From Blasia pusilla (Eukaryota): 64,000 nucleotides of DNA. Shown piece by piece: positions 51,831 through 64,000 of the stretch. Positions within the stretch are counted from its first letter, which is position 1; every line of letters starts with the position of its first letter. The position numbers and the translations under genes were made by a program. The stretch lies in assembly GCA_050084515.1 (NCBI GenBank), contig CM114271.1:29078001-29142000 (forward strand), in the 5' to 3' direction. Under the pieces are notes generated by a model. That model did no database searches and was not told the DNA's origin. It saw only the letters and a list, made by a program, of their open reading frames with translations.

Positions 51831-54119
51831 ACAATTAGCGGGCTTTCCTCTTAAAAAAGGAGAAAGGATAATTACCGCAAAAGCGGTTGCGGAAGTATGG
51901 GTAGTGCATTAGGACGGGTAAATTAGGACAAGGTTCCATGCCGCCAAGATCGCAAAGATCCCAACCCATTGTCCCACATCTCTTCAATCCAACCAATCTA
52001 ACGAAACAAAAGCACCCAAATGGACTTCGATGGCATAGACAGGGCGCAAGTCCTTCCAATTGCAAATTACAAAAGAATTCAAGAATAAAATGAGGACATA
52101 ATTCAATCTTAGGGGAATCTATACAATTAACAGAGGAGCGGTTTTCAGATGGGGCCACGGGAGAATTCACCACGTGACATGGATAGGGGGAGGAGGTACG
52201 GGGAGGGCTAGGGGGAGGGGGGCATTTAAGTATCAGGACTTTGGGGACCATGGAGTGGACCGTGCTATGCACGGTACCCTCGCGGGTCAAGAGAGAGTCA
52301 AGAGAGAGTTTCGAATCAATTTAAGGTTCAAAGTTGGGTGAGGTAACAAGCTAAGCTGTTTGCTCTTCCTATCACCTCTCCCTAAATGTAAGTATGAGGG
52401 TATTTCCAAACCACATGGAAATGTTTTTCATCCATAGACATGAAAAATTCGTGAAATAAAAGAAAACTAGTGAGAATAACCGTGCGATGCCTGGCATCAA
52501 ATTTTACACTAAGTTGTGGCCAAGTACATCATGGATGGCATCCATGTGTTTACGGTTACATCACATCAGATGGGAATGGGTCCCATGGGACGCCGGGATC
52601 GCTCATGCACTTTCGTTTCCGCGCTCTATTTTTTATTCTGGGAAGGAAGGGTGATTCAGATGGTGAAGTCTATGACGGACGGCGGGTGAATGTTGGACGA
52701 AGAGTAAGCTGATGTCGGTGATAACATGATTCTCTGTGTGTTTACCAGCTTTCATGTAGGTTGAAATTTTTTTCCTCTCCTTCTTTTATTGACTTGGGAT
52801 CCCCGGAGCGCTCATCAATGGTGTGCGAATCCGTCTGGGCGCCCTGGAACAATTCTACGCATTGTTGTTGTGCGCGCGCCTTTCCTTCTTGGAAAGAACA
52901 TGCTCTGTTGTAGCTCCGTGGTGATCATTCTTCCACCAGATCTGGTTCTTGGATCCATGCTTGTAGGAAGATATCGTATTGGGGTCATCATGCAGTGTCC
53001 ATGGTGACGAGTCCGGTGCGTCTCCGTCCACAGTGTCCCCGGCATGGATCCCTCCCACATAGTCGGGATTGATCTGGGTCAAAATTATCGCGATGGTGAC
53101 AGGATCGGGACCCGTCTCTCAAAAGGAGTTGATTGTGGTTGTAGGCTTTAGGTCATCGATCGAGTGCATCAGCAGGAATTGGTACACAGTCAGTGGTAAT
53201 ATCTTCAACATTCGCAGCACCATGCCATGCCCTGAAATTTCCGCGAAAGAAACGGCATCGAGCGAAGGACCGACCAAGATTATTATTGCAATTGGGAAGG
53301 CGGGAGAATGAGCACTGCGACTTAGTGATGCGCTTCTCCGAGTTGTAGGGGCAAGCTTGGGGCTGACACTGTGCCGAACCCGAAGAGACAAAACAAGGCG
53401 GGGAAAAGGCGTATCCATATTCAAATCGGGCCTGGAGGAAAAGACGCACCAAATTCAGGCAATCCCATTTGGAGCAGGACACGGCTTGCATCCACAGTTG
53501 GCAAGAACTTTGACCGATTTTTCCTCCCACATCACTCAGCTACACTTGATGACAAAGACTCTAACTGCGGTACGAGTTGCGTGCTGCACACGTCCATTGC
53601 AGAGGTGCAAATGGTGGATTCTGGAGAAACAAAGCGACTGCACTCAACACCAGCGCTCTCGACTCTCTACCAACACATGTAAACCCGAGTTTGCTTGTCG
53701 TAGTGTCAAAAAAATCAGTTTTAACTGAGATCTGTTGTCGCAAACCTTCGTATGAACGGAACTAAAACCTCGTAAGAGACGTGAAGCGGCTAATTCAGAG
53801 ATCACAATCTACAGCAACCGGTAATTTCTCAAGTTTTCGAATCCGATGATCCCCCACTCAATCTAGAAGCTGTACTTTACAGCTTTCCATGCACCCGTCG
53901 AACATGGAAGCTACGAATGGTCAAATCTCTTGCGAATGAATCACAACAACTGGCCTTTCTAGTAACATTCCCTTTTGTCCCAGGGAACCTGCGCATTTTC
54001 CTAAAGGTGCTAGAAACTGGGAAGGGCGCAGATGGAAGAAGCAGAGACGAAAGTATGGAAGGAGTGAAGAAAACATCATTTGGGAGGAGTGAGAGAGGAT
54101 CTCATGGTGTGAGTGATAT

Positions 54120-54121
<2 letters not shown>

Positions 54122-54159
<38 letters not shown>
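54122..54159. repeat. (GA)n microsatellite
   Basis: Pure GA run directly visible. Confidence 0.95.
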
Positions 54160-54162
<3 letters not shown>

Positions 54163-54930
54163 CACATTGAAAGATCCAATACTCTATTAGAAACCTAGCT
54201 ATCCATACCATAAAACACCCAGCTCCAAACCCTGGTAGAAGCGTGGGAGGATACTCCCTCTCAATCCTGGCCAGACCAGATGATCGTCTTCTCCGCGGTC
54301 TCGTCTCGTAGAGCAAGTTTCAATTCTTAAAATCTGTAAGTTTTCCAAAGGTCGGGCGGACAGTATCCCTCACGCGAAGATCCCAAAGCCATCTCTCACA
54401 GCCATCACCAGACCCCACCCGCCTTCAATCAACGCCATCGCGCCTACTTGAAGCCCCACATTGTAATCCTCCTGTTTCATGTCCAGGATTGAGAGAATGT
54501 GCAACAATTTCCTCGTTATGTCGATTCACTGTACTGCAATCGCAGGAAGCACGCACACGACCAGAACACAACTAGGGTCAAGGATCCAGCGCGCGAGATA
54601 CAGGTGTCCAATCAAATCGACCACAAAAACTCAACCGATGGAACCGGGGCACCGAGTAAGCAAATAAACCACCGCACAAGTCCGAGGTGCTCAAGTTTGT
54701 GTCCCAGCTATTCCCTCTCACATCATAGGTAATATTCACTATATATCTCCAATAGACTACTGATCAACCTGAAAATCCACAACAAACTCACTTGTCATAG
54801 CTACCCGAGTGGAATTACCCTTTACACGTAATACACCTATCACTATTAGGTATCAAAATTCGAGTAGAGTCTCATCTCACAAGTCCGAGATACAGTCCCC
54901 GTAAAAAAGCTAGATTTTAAGAAAGAGAAC

Positions 54931-56958
54931 ATTCAAGTCGATGTGGCTAACGCATTCAATTCAGTTTCTCGTGTGATCATCTTTGAGGAGTTACGTTGTG
55001 CAAGAGGACAACTCGCGAGCCTCATTCCATTTGTTCGCTCCTTTTGTGTCTCGATACACCCATTATCTATTCCCATCATGCTACTTATGGGGAATATAGT
55101 ATTCTACAATCAGCTTGTGGCACATGTTAAGGTGATCCCATGGGTGACCCACTTTTTGCCATTGCCCATTTTCGTGCCCTTCGAGCATCGGCGCAAACAT
55201 TTCCATCTTGTCTTTTCCCTTCTATTGCTGATGACACTCACATTATAGGTCCTCGTTTTGAAGTGGTTCCTGCTTATACCCATTTCGTGGAGCAACTCTC
55301 TTTCTTAAACCTTAAAGTCCAACCTAGTAAATGCGGAGTATGGTCTCCTTCATGCCTTCCGTCAACATTCACCCCACCTACTATTGATTTTCCCATCTAC
55401 ATTGAAGGGGTTAGAGTTCTTGGGGTCCAAATTGGCTTTATCAAATATGTTTCAAAGTTCTTGGATGAGGCCCTTTTGAAAGACGTGGAATGGCTTCATT
55501 TGTTACCTCATCTAGGGGATCCCCAAGTGGCTTATGGGATTCTCTCCCAATTTTTTCTATGACGTCCTTCCTACCTTCTTCGCACTTGTCCTCCCGCTTC
55601 AAGGTTCTTACATCGGTTGGCTTATTTTGACGCTTCTATCTTGGCAACTTTTGGTCAACTTCTTGGCCCGAATACTTTTGAGGGAGAGGATGGTGTCTTT
55701 GCTTCACGACAAGCTATCTTGCCTATTTCTTTTGGAGGGGTGGGACTGTCCTCCACAGTCGCATCTGCTCCCGCAGCCTTTTTGGGGAGTTGGGCGTTGG
55801 TAGCACTGATTATGGCCTCAAGGTTTCTCCAAGGAGATACACCTATCTTGATGGATCATATCGCCCATGTAGAGGAGGGAGACGTGTTATTTCAACAACA
55901 ACTGAGATCTGCACGAGCTCTTCTTCCTCTTGCTACACAAGCAATTCTACCCCCTTTCAGTCAACTGATTACGGAAAGGCTTGATTGACTTCAAGAGCGT
56001 ATCTCCGAGAATCTGTATCAAATCAAATTTTCCAGCATTCTCTCCGAGGCATCCTCTGACGCTAATCGAGCTCGTCCACTTTCATGTGCAGGTACCGAAG
56101 CGGGGGGGTGGCTTATTGCAAATCCTCTTATTCTTCCATTTCGTCTTCCTCGAAGTATATTCTCAAAAGCTTTACGGTTACGTCTTGGAATTCCTCATCC
56201 TTCTCTCTTAGGTATGCCGAATTGTGTATGCGGGGATCCCATTGATGCCAAGGGTATCCATATTCTCTGATGTGCACATGGTGGAGAACGAACGGCCACA
56301 CATCATGTCATTAGAGAGGCGGTAGCATCGATGGCTCGTACTGCAGGATACACCGTTGGGGAAGAGCAACTCCATGTCCTACCTTCAACCATACAAGCAA
56401 CCTCTCGTCGGAGAGTGGATCTTGTTATGTCTCGAGGTGGATTTCGGACACTAGGTGATGTGGTGGTTGCTGATCTAACACGTTTTGACTTGGTGTGTCG
56501 AGCCGCACATACCAAAGGTTTGGCGGCCGAAGTTGCAGCAAGAATCAAGGAGTTAAGTTATGCTGTGAGACATGCGACTGATGGATTTATTCCTTTTGCA
56601 ATGGAAGTATTCGGTCATTTACATGTGTCTTTTGATACTTTCCTGAAAACATGTGCTCACCACTCCCTCGAGAATCATCACCTTGCCGATTCTCGTAGTC
56701 CTTCTCTCTCGGTAGTTACTACTTATCTTCGGCAATGCATCTCAATGGCCTTACAACGTGCACAAGCCTTGGCATTGATACGTCGTGCGGAGGTGGTGGG
56801 GGGTCGCTCGCCTCGTCGTCCATTCACGTATGACCAACCACTCCTGTTCTTGTTAGATTTGTTTCAGGCTATCAATTCTCTAGCTCCGGTGTTTCCGTTG
56901 GCTTGTTGCTATTTTCTTTTTGCATTCTTTTATGCATTTTTTGACTCCTCTTTTGAGT
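54931..56958 (+). mobile_element. 5'-truncated CRE-clade-like non-LTR retrotransposon
   Basis: VDVANAFNSVSR, QGDP, IADDTHIIG, LPISFGGVGL, CVCG...H...C, RRVDLV...GDVVVADLT...K...Y...FIPFAMEVFG (PD-(D/E)xK-type RLE), SMALQRAQA. Confidence 0.9.
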
Positions 56959-56989
56959 TGTTATTACTCAAAAGAGGAGTCAAAAAATG
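56935..56989. repeat. Perfect 24-bp inverted repeat with 7-nt loop
   Basis: CATTTTTTGACTCCTCTTTTGAGT-TGTTATT-ACTCAAAAGAGGAGTCAAAAAATG. Confidence 0.95.
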
Positions 56990-59735
56990 GTTACTATATT
57001 CCCCACATAGTAACCCTTCAACCATTCAACAAGAGTATAGATTTGGGCCTTTTTCTTGAAGAAACATCATAAGGGTGTGGTGGGAGAGAGTAACAGGTCT
57101 CTCATTTTCAATATTCCGTTCCTCTTTTGTCTATCTTTATCCATCCGCGGAGGGTAGGAATGGAGAGTTACTCTATATGATTTCACCCTCGTATCATCCA
57201 CCAGGCAATCATCTTAACACAGTTATGATCGCTGCTACCTGGACTAGCACTCTGACCCAGCAGGTCCATGAGACCAGATCCTTAATGGGCTCTCAATTAC
57301 TGGAACCATAAACTCGGAACGACAATAGTAGTTCTAATCTCAGAATTAGAACTACTACTGTTATGCACGGGAAATAAAAAAGTTTTTGAGTAATCCTTCC
57401 TCCTAGTCGTGAAAGGGGGGACTAGTCGTGAAAGGGGGGACTGGAGATATTTTCTTGTTCCCAGTTGTTTGCAAATCAAACAAGCACTCTCCCATAATAA
57501 TTCTCGTGCGATATTGGGTGCCAGTAAGACATTAAGATTCCGGAAGTGAAAAGGTGGAAGGTCTAATGTGCATAATAGACTAGTTCATTCGAGTTACGAT
57601 GATGCTATTCTTGACTCTAGAGAGTAAGTACTCGGGCCCTTAGCGATTCAGAGGTTCTGAGGATTAAGGAGTACTTTTGCGACGGTCTTTCGCCGCGTCT
57701 GTTCCGTAGAAGATATTCGGAACAGATCTACGCACAGATCTCAGCTTATCGCTCAGCCTCAGCAAGGTGAGGGGAACTACCAGTGTATGTCAAAAGGTTC
57801 CGGAAGTCATGTAACTTCCGGGCCCCGTTTTGTAGCAGACTGAAGATACAAATGTCGAGAGGAGCAAAGCGCACAGATCCCAAGGAATGCGAAGTCTTCC
57901 TTGCAACTGCCGCTGCTAGCGGACGGAAGAGGCTTTAATCGCTCAAGCAGACGGATGCTGGAAATTTGTGACCTCCGAGTGTGTTATGATCTTCTTGACC
58001 ATGGGAGCCATGCTTTCCCGGTGCCGAGGTTTCAGTCCCTTTCGGAAGGAGGTGTGGCTGACTCGGACGTTTCGGAGAGCTAGTTTTTAAGCAGAGAATT
58101 GGAAGAACAAAATTTCGCGGTAATCTATGAGAGAAGCGAGCGGGCCCTTTTGACATCCGGAGTCATCTGTAATCACGAAATTTGAGAGCGTTGTCCGACG
58201 GTGAGCATTGAAATGGGACTTCTCGTATGAAAATTCTAATCTCTCACACGCAGGCTCCATCGATCAGGTCTGACATATGTGTGAGACATGATTCAAGCGC
58301 CTGATCGGACCTTTTGAAAGCTTAATGTCTACAACTATAACCGGGAACACCCCTGAACCCCGCTAGGTCATACAACTGTTGAAATTAACGAGGTGCTTTC
58401 TCTTGGGATTGCAAATGATTTTGGATATCGTTTAATTTTGAGTGTGGCTAAAAGATGTGGACGTCGCTGGGCGGGTTGAGAAGTTGGAGTTATCTTGGTA
58501 GGTGCAGGCTTCAAGAATCGAGCTTGGTATACTAGACAGTGATTGCGTTCAATTTCTGATATTCCTTTTATTAAGGGAAAAAAATTGGGAGGTGCCCCAC
58601 CGTGGTAAACAAGGAAAAGCAAGATAAAAGTAAAACAATGCAAATTGAGTGCTACCGCCGCTGTCTACGTATGTACTTCGCCTAGCGTCAATAATCTGAA
58701 GGTTTGGTTCCATGTAGGTGTAGTGCTTGCTATGGAATGCTGTACATCTAGGAGCGAGGGTTCAGCCGAGGAACTGAACAACCCCTCTGGACATGTGCAA
58801 CAACTAAACAATCCCGGGGCCGTACGTTCTCTTGGTCTTGGAGTCTCAATGTACACGAGCACGAGTCATCTTCACATACGTGTTCCTGTTCTGTACAGAC
58901 GTTATCGTTACAGGCCTTTCAGCCTACAGGATGAGTCAGCTCGTCAAGACCAGCATTCTCAAACTACCCTTTGTCTCTTTGACGAGTCTCCCGGTACGAC
59001 TCGTCATATAAATTCCATTTCCGGCTTCGTGGTGCCGCGTCCGCAAGATCCCAAGGAGCAGGGGGAGTGACCGGTTGAAATTGAGATCATGCTCTGAAAG
59101 TCTCGAACGAATTGTCGCAGGAAAGCAGAAATTTCTCTGTAAACATTTGAATAAACCGACGCGTTTCCCCCGGCTGACTGGCCCCCTTCATTTTCTGCCG
59201 GTAAGTCGACATAGCCTCCCCGGACCACTCGACGCCGCCCTAGTAGTCCCATCGGGCATATACGATCCGTCTCTGGGAGGGCGGCTCCATCTCGCTACTT
59301 GTTGTACAAACATGTAGCACACTCGTCGCGGCGAGACTCGAGGAGCGCACACGACGATTCCATAGTGACATGCCGCGCGTAGGTACCACGGAATTAATTC
59401 CGGAGATGGGCCCGCGATGCCTCGCATGGCTTACAACTATCGGCCCTGGGCCCAGTCAAGGCTCGCTACTGCAGTTCGAAAGCGTTCGACTCTGGGGTAA
59501 TGTCCAGAACGTACAAGAGCGCGTGGGCGGATTCCGTGTCTGGGCTCGGTGGCATATCGAGCCGCGAAAGTTGAGGCGCGCGAGGGAATTTCATGAACGT
59601 ATCCTGGACCTCTCATTCCGGCACTCCCTACGCAGCTAGCTTCGGACATCGGCCGCTGCGATGGAATTCGGACGAGCGTTCGAAGACTGCTTCCACACCG
59701 GATAAGTACAGATCTAAATGCGCGACCTTCAGGAC

Positions 59736-60030
59736 ACCGAAGACGCAAGCAGTCTTCATCCAGATAGTCCAAACTTGTTCCTTGGTAACATTGATGTCCC
59801 CTCCTTTGGTTGTCATGGAAGCAATGCTTGCAGGGTGACTCTTATGTGTTTCTATCCACACCAGCCGTCTGGCCTCATGTGGTTCTCCAACCACCTGGTT
59901 TCACTCGCCGCCTGTGTTCCCATAAAATATCGAGAGATCATCTAACTTCTTTGGCAGCCAAAAGGAGGAGATATTGACGTGACTAACTGACAAGTTTGAG
60001 AATCTGTATAAGCGTGGTCTGGGTTTTGGC
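59736..60030 (+). ncRNA. Candidate pre-miRNA-like fold-back
   Basis: Arms 59761-59821 and 59946-60006 pair over about 60 nt with many G:U wobbles on the + strand; no exact match to a conserved miRNA I recognise. Confidence 0.45.
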
Positions 60031-62325
60031 CGGGGGATTGCAACCAAGGCAGGCTCGAGCTCGTGCGTACAGTCAACGGGTAGTTTCTTCCATCAATTAG
60101 AACGTGCCATGATTGTTCCTAACAGCTAAGGCGGTGGCTCCAGGTGACGAATTTGTAAACCTACTGACTTGACGTTGATGAATACTGCGTTTTGAAGTCA
60201 CAGAGATGGGTCCTCATTGTCGGACCTGAATATCTTTGTACGTTATTCAGATGAGGTTCTCGAACCATTTATTGCGGCGAGTACCTGTAATTCATGGATG
60301 GATCGATCGATGCCGGGGTTATTCTAGGAGCTTCGCGCGCAGCTACCAGTCGCTACACGTTGGGGATCCGGAAGATTCGAATGCCCCCTGTAAGAAGTCT
60401 TCGTAAAAAGCTGCGCCTCTTGCACAGGAGCACATGGTGCTCCATTCTTCTCCATGACGTGCGGCCTTGCCGTTCCTGATGGAGGTTCTGCTCTCACCAT
60501 CACGCGTCTGCCATCGCAAATTGGCTTCAAGCTTGTCCAAGTTTCCTTAAATTCAATCTCATGGTACGCGCACAATCATTGTATCACCAATTACTCATAA
60601 TGTGTCTTGCAAGACCTCAACCTTCTCTCAATTCTCAAACTTGGATAGTTCGAAGACTCGAGATTCAATTTCTACAGCTTTTGGAAAATGCTTAACTGAT
60701 TGCTCTGGAGAATGTGAACATTTTCCGCCAATGGCACCAGGACGTCAGTACTGGCTTTTTCGTTTGATAGTTTTTTGATTACGAGTAATCGCACGGCTTT
60801 TGACAGAAATCTTTGAGCACTCTACTTGCCAACTGTCTGATAGGACTCATTGGATAATTCTTTGGTAAACTTCGAATTTATTTCTACTTCAAATTCCGAT
60901 GGATTCATTGAGCACTCACGATGAGGTAGCATGGCAGTTACAACTTACATTCCGGTAGCCTCTTGAAGGATCGGATTCGTTGCACAAAACTCAGCCAGAT
61001 CTCTGTAGGTGTGAGGGCCGTGCTACGACAGTCTGAATCTTGGAGATTCTCGACATGTTGCTGCGACGAAAGTCGGAAGGACAGATCCACAGAAGGAAAA
61101 TTGCTGGACAAAACGTTGTACTCATCTGGCCGGCATCGTCTGCACACAACGTGGCCGTCAACCTCCCCTCTTCATAAGGAATTTCGAACTTCGGAGGCTT
61201 GCTCCAGTTCGGATCGCCACGAAAGTGCGTTATTTTTGGGACAGTGTCTACCGCTAGAGCTGGACAATTCCCTTGCCACTGGATCGAATCCCCGAGCGTC
61301 GCCCGGGGTCACGATGAACCTTCTCGAACTTCGACTGTAACCGGCAAATTTGGCCAGAGCCTAGTCTACCACATCGAAACGAAGGGGAAGTGCACGAACA
61401 CGATATAAATCAACCCCACAAACTCGCCTTCATGTTAGAGTACCTTTTCATGTGAGAGTTTCATCTTATCGGAGATGGTAGCTTCGATAAGATGACATTC
61501 TTCAAGTATCATAGGGGTTTCTTCTCACATAAAAACATAATTATTTTATTCACTAAAATTTTCAGTCTTAAATGCATTTGTTTGCTCCTTTTATAAATAG
61601 CAAAAATAATTTCATAGCTCACATTACCTTCTATTTGTAAGAAAAATATGAGTTTTCCTCTAAAAGATTTCATTTAGAAGTCTCCCCTTCTCCGATAAGA
61701 GTACGTATGAATAGGTACATTGGGTCGGTACATAGCAATTGGCACGTTAAGAAGGTACATATGAGTGTTAAAATCTCAAAGTGGAGTGTTTAATTACCTT
61801 AGCATATCATCTTATCATAAATTCACTCTAATGTAATAACAAACGTGAAAAAGGGGAAAAAAAGAGGTAATGACATCTCAAATGAGCAAATTTTTATAGG
61901 AAAGTATCAAAAGATACATATAAATGTCCAAATATTTGCATTACAAAGGAATAAATTCATCGGTCATCTATCTCACCACATAACTTAACTTCTTAATTCT
62001 TGTTGATCCTTTGGCCGCCGAACGTTTGGTACATGCTGCCTGACACATTAAGTCAAAACGTGAAAGGCATGAAAATGAGCAATAGCAAAGAGTACGCGTA
62101 CCATCCATGGAATCACCTTGAAGCGTGTCACAAGGGGATTGGAGAATACTTCATTCTCCGAATGAATGTAGCATGGTGAGTATAGATAATGGATGTATCA
62201 TATACACAAAAGGAGCGAAAAAATGGAATAAGAGTGTTGTACTCTTGCATAATATAACTCCTCAAATATGGTCGCACGAGAAACTGAATTGAATACATTC
62301 GCCATATCCACTTGAATTAGAACTC

Positions 62326-62620
62326 AGGTTGCACACGAAAAAAGTCCGTGTCCACGTCCATGAACTTATGTGCATCCCTAGGACAGACATGTCCGTGCAA
62401 GCGCGAGTACGTGCGGCCCGCACGAGAGCCTACCTCGCCCGTAACGTACACACGGACTTGGCCCGCCCGCACCTAGTCTAAGAACCCGTCACCCTTTTTG
62501 TAGCCTGCATTGGCGGGCCCTAAGCCCGCATTAGTCTGTAGGCCCAATCCCGCCCTACATGGGTCCTACGTGGGCTTAGGGCGGGCCGATGTGGGCTACG
62601 TACCGGCTGATTCCTGTCCG
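62326..62620. repeat. GC-rich MITE-like repeat, inverted relative of 41300-41600
   Basis: Starts CAGGTTGCAC; reverse complement of 62350-62420 resembles 41485-41560 (GCACGGnCATGTCnGTCC...CATAAGT...ATGGA). Confidence 0.5.
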
Positions 62621-64000
62621 CCTCCCTTAATCTGATTTATGCTCTCTATGTGGCCTTGACACAAATTGGGTTAGAAAAGAATAATTCCCAGTCAAGGTGA
62701 CTTGTCAGTGAATTTAAACAGAAAGCTAGAGATATGATCATGTTTGTTCATGAATTTACTCTCTAACTACATGCGTTGTTTCACAACCAAATGCATTGTT
62801 TTCTCACCATGTTGGTCATGTAAGGTCCATATTCATCTTTTCCTAACCACATTTGTAGTTTCATAACTACCGTAACATCAAATGCTTCGTGAGCAAGTCT
62901 AGGATTTTGAGACCATGGTCTTGTTGGGAACTTACTATATGTGAAATCAAGTAAAATTTTAAATTAGGTTAGGATGTTTCAGATTTTGCAATTAGAACTA
63001 GCATTTCCCAAATTAGCATTTCCCAAATTTCAATTTTGTTGAATAGAATTAAAGAGATTTCTCACAATGGTCCTACAACCAATTGCATTTATGCATGATA
63101 TCTTTGCTTTTCTTTTTACGTATTTTGTTGAGAATATGACTAATTTGGGCTAAAAATTCTACCATGCCCATTTTTCATAAAAAATTTTGAATTTCAGTCT
63201 TTTCAAAAATAATAAATTTTGCATCATGCTCCAAAACGGAGAAAATCAACTATTTTAGAAGATCAAAGGTTTACAAAGTTTTCGAATGTGTATTCTCTTG
63301 GGGTAATCTTACGTAGAATGTTGAGGAATCTATACAATTTTGCATATCCCGCACTCCATGGAAAATTGGGAAATAAAGATAATTCAAAGAGGGCTAAATA
63401 AGTGGACAAAAAGTTGAAATATTGCATCAAGAAGATGGTCAATCTAAATCTAGGCACGTGTCAAGGAAAAGGGGGGGTGGGGGGTTGCTTATTAAGGCAT
63501 TAGAGGCAAAAGCCAAGGTATCTAGTATTTTGATTAAGACCGTTGGTCCTACAAATATTATGAATGCTTGATATCTTCTTCACCCCATTTTAGGATTTTT
63601 GTGGAGTATATGATAGACATGTACTTATCTCAAACATATATCTGAATATCTATAGTAAAAGAATATTTTTAAAATTCTTATGCATTATTAGTTCAAAATA
63701 TAATGTGTATCATGTCGCGATTCCCAATACTATTATAACCCATAAAGATTTTTCATTCTTTTGGAGATATGATTATCCTATAAGATTGAAAAGAGTCTTG
63801 TGTCCATTAATAATATTAAACAAAGAAAAAACATAAATTTTTTTATCAAAATGAACCTCACATATTGATCAATGGTTTGAATTGGGATAGAATAGGATCA
63901 CTCATTTAATAGATTGGTTTTGCAATATTTGGAGGAACTAAAAATTTTCATCTACACTTTAGTCCACTTTCATATATGGATTCTACAGATATTCCCACGA

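Noticed and set aside
57403-57441. 19-bp tandem duplication CTAGTCGTGAAAGGGGGGA
   Set aside because: Isolated two-copy slippage with no supporting context
60800-60820. TTGACAGAAATCTTTGAGCAC, similar to miR156/157
   Set aside because: Six central mismatches and no complementary star arm nearby
57500-61400. Many 60-140 aa ORFs as a possible host gene
   Set aside because: No recognisable domain or consistent exon chain on either strand

Overview
Eukaryotic plant genomic DNA, probably a non-seed land plant (inferred from MED14 sequence style and CRE-type retroposons). The only intact host gene is a 7-exon Mediator subunit 14 (MED14/STRUWWELPETER) at 255-10957 (+). Most of 12-57 kb is nested transposon debris: a full-length decayed Ty1/Copia with both LTRs and a TSD, two solo LTRs of one family, a hAT remnant, two CRE-like non-LTR retroposons and Gypsy-like fragments. 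The standout is a 13.6 kb Mutator-like DNA transposon (19369-32962) bounded by a 9-bp TSD (GTACCAATC). It encodes a GCM-like Zn / DDE / SWIM transposase on the minus strand. It also carries a divergent spliced cargo gene with a ParB/Sulfiredoxin-like domain (DGNHR) and a beta-class N4C/N6A DNA-methyltransferase-like domain. About 40 copies of a 27-bp palindrome (GCAACCCGTCGGAnTCCGACGGGTTGC) are arrayed in its introns, divergent promoter and ends. This copy is pseudogenised, but the layout suggests a transposon-borne ParB/parS-like or VANC-like self-marking/anti-silencing system. All domain calls are by-eye motif recognition; no searches were run.
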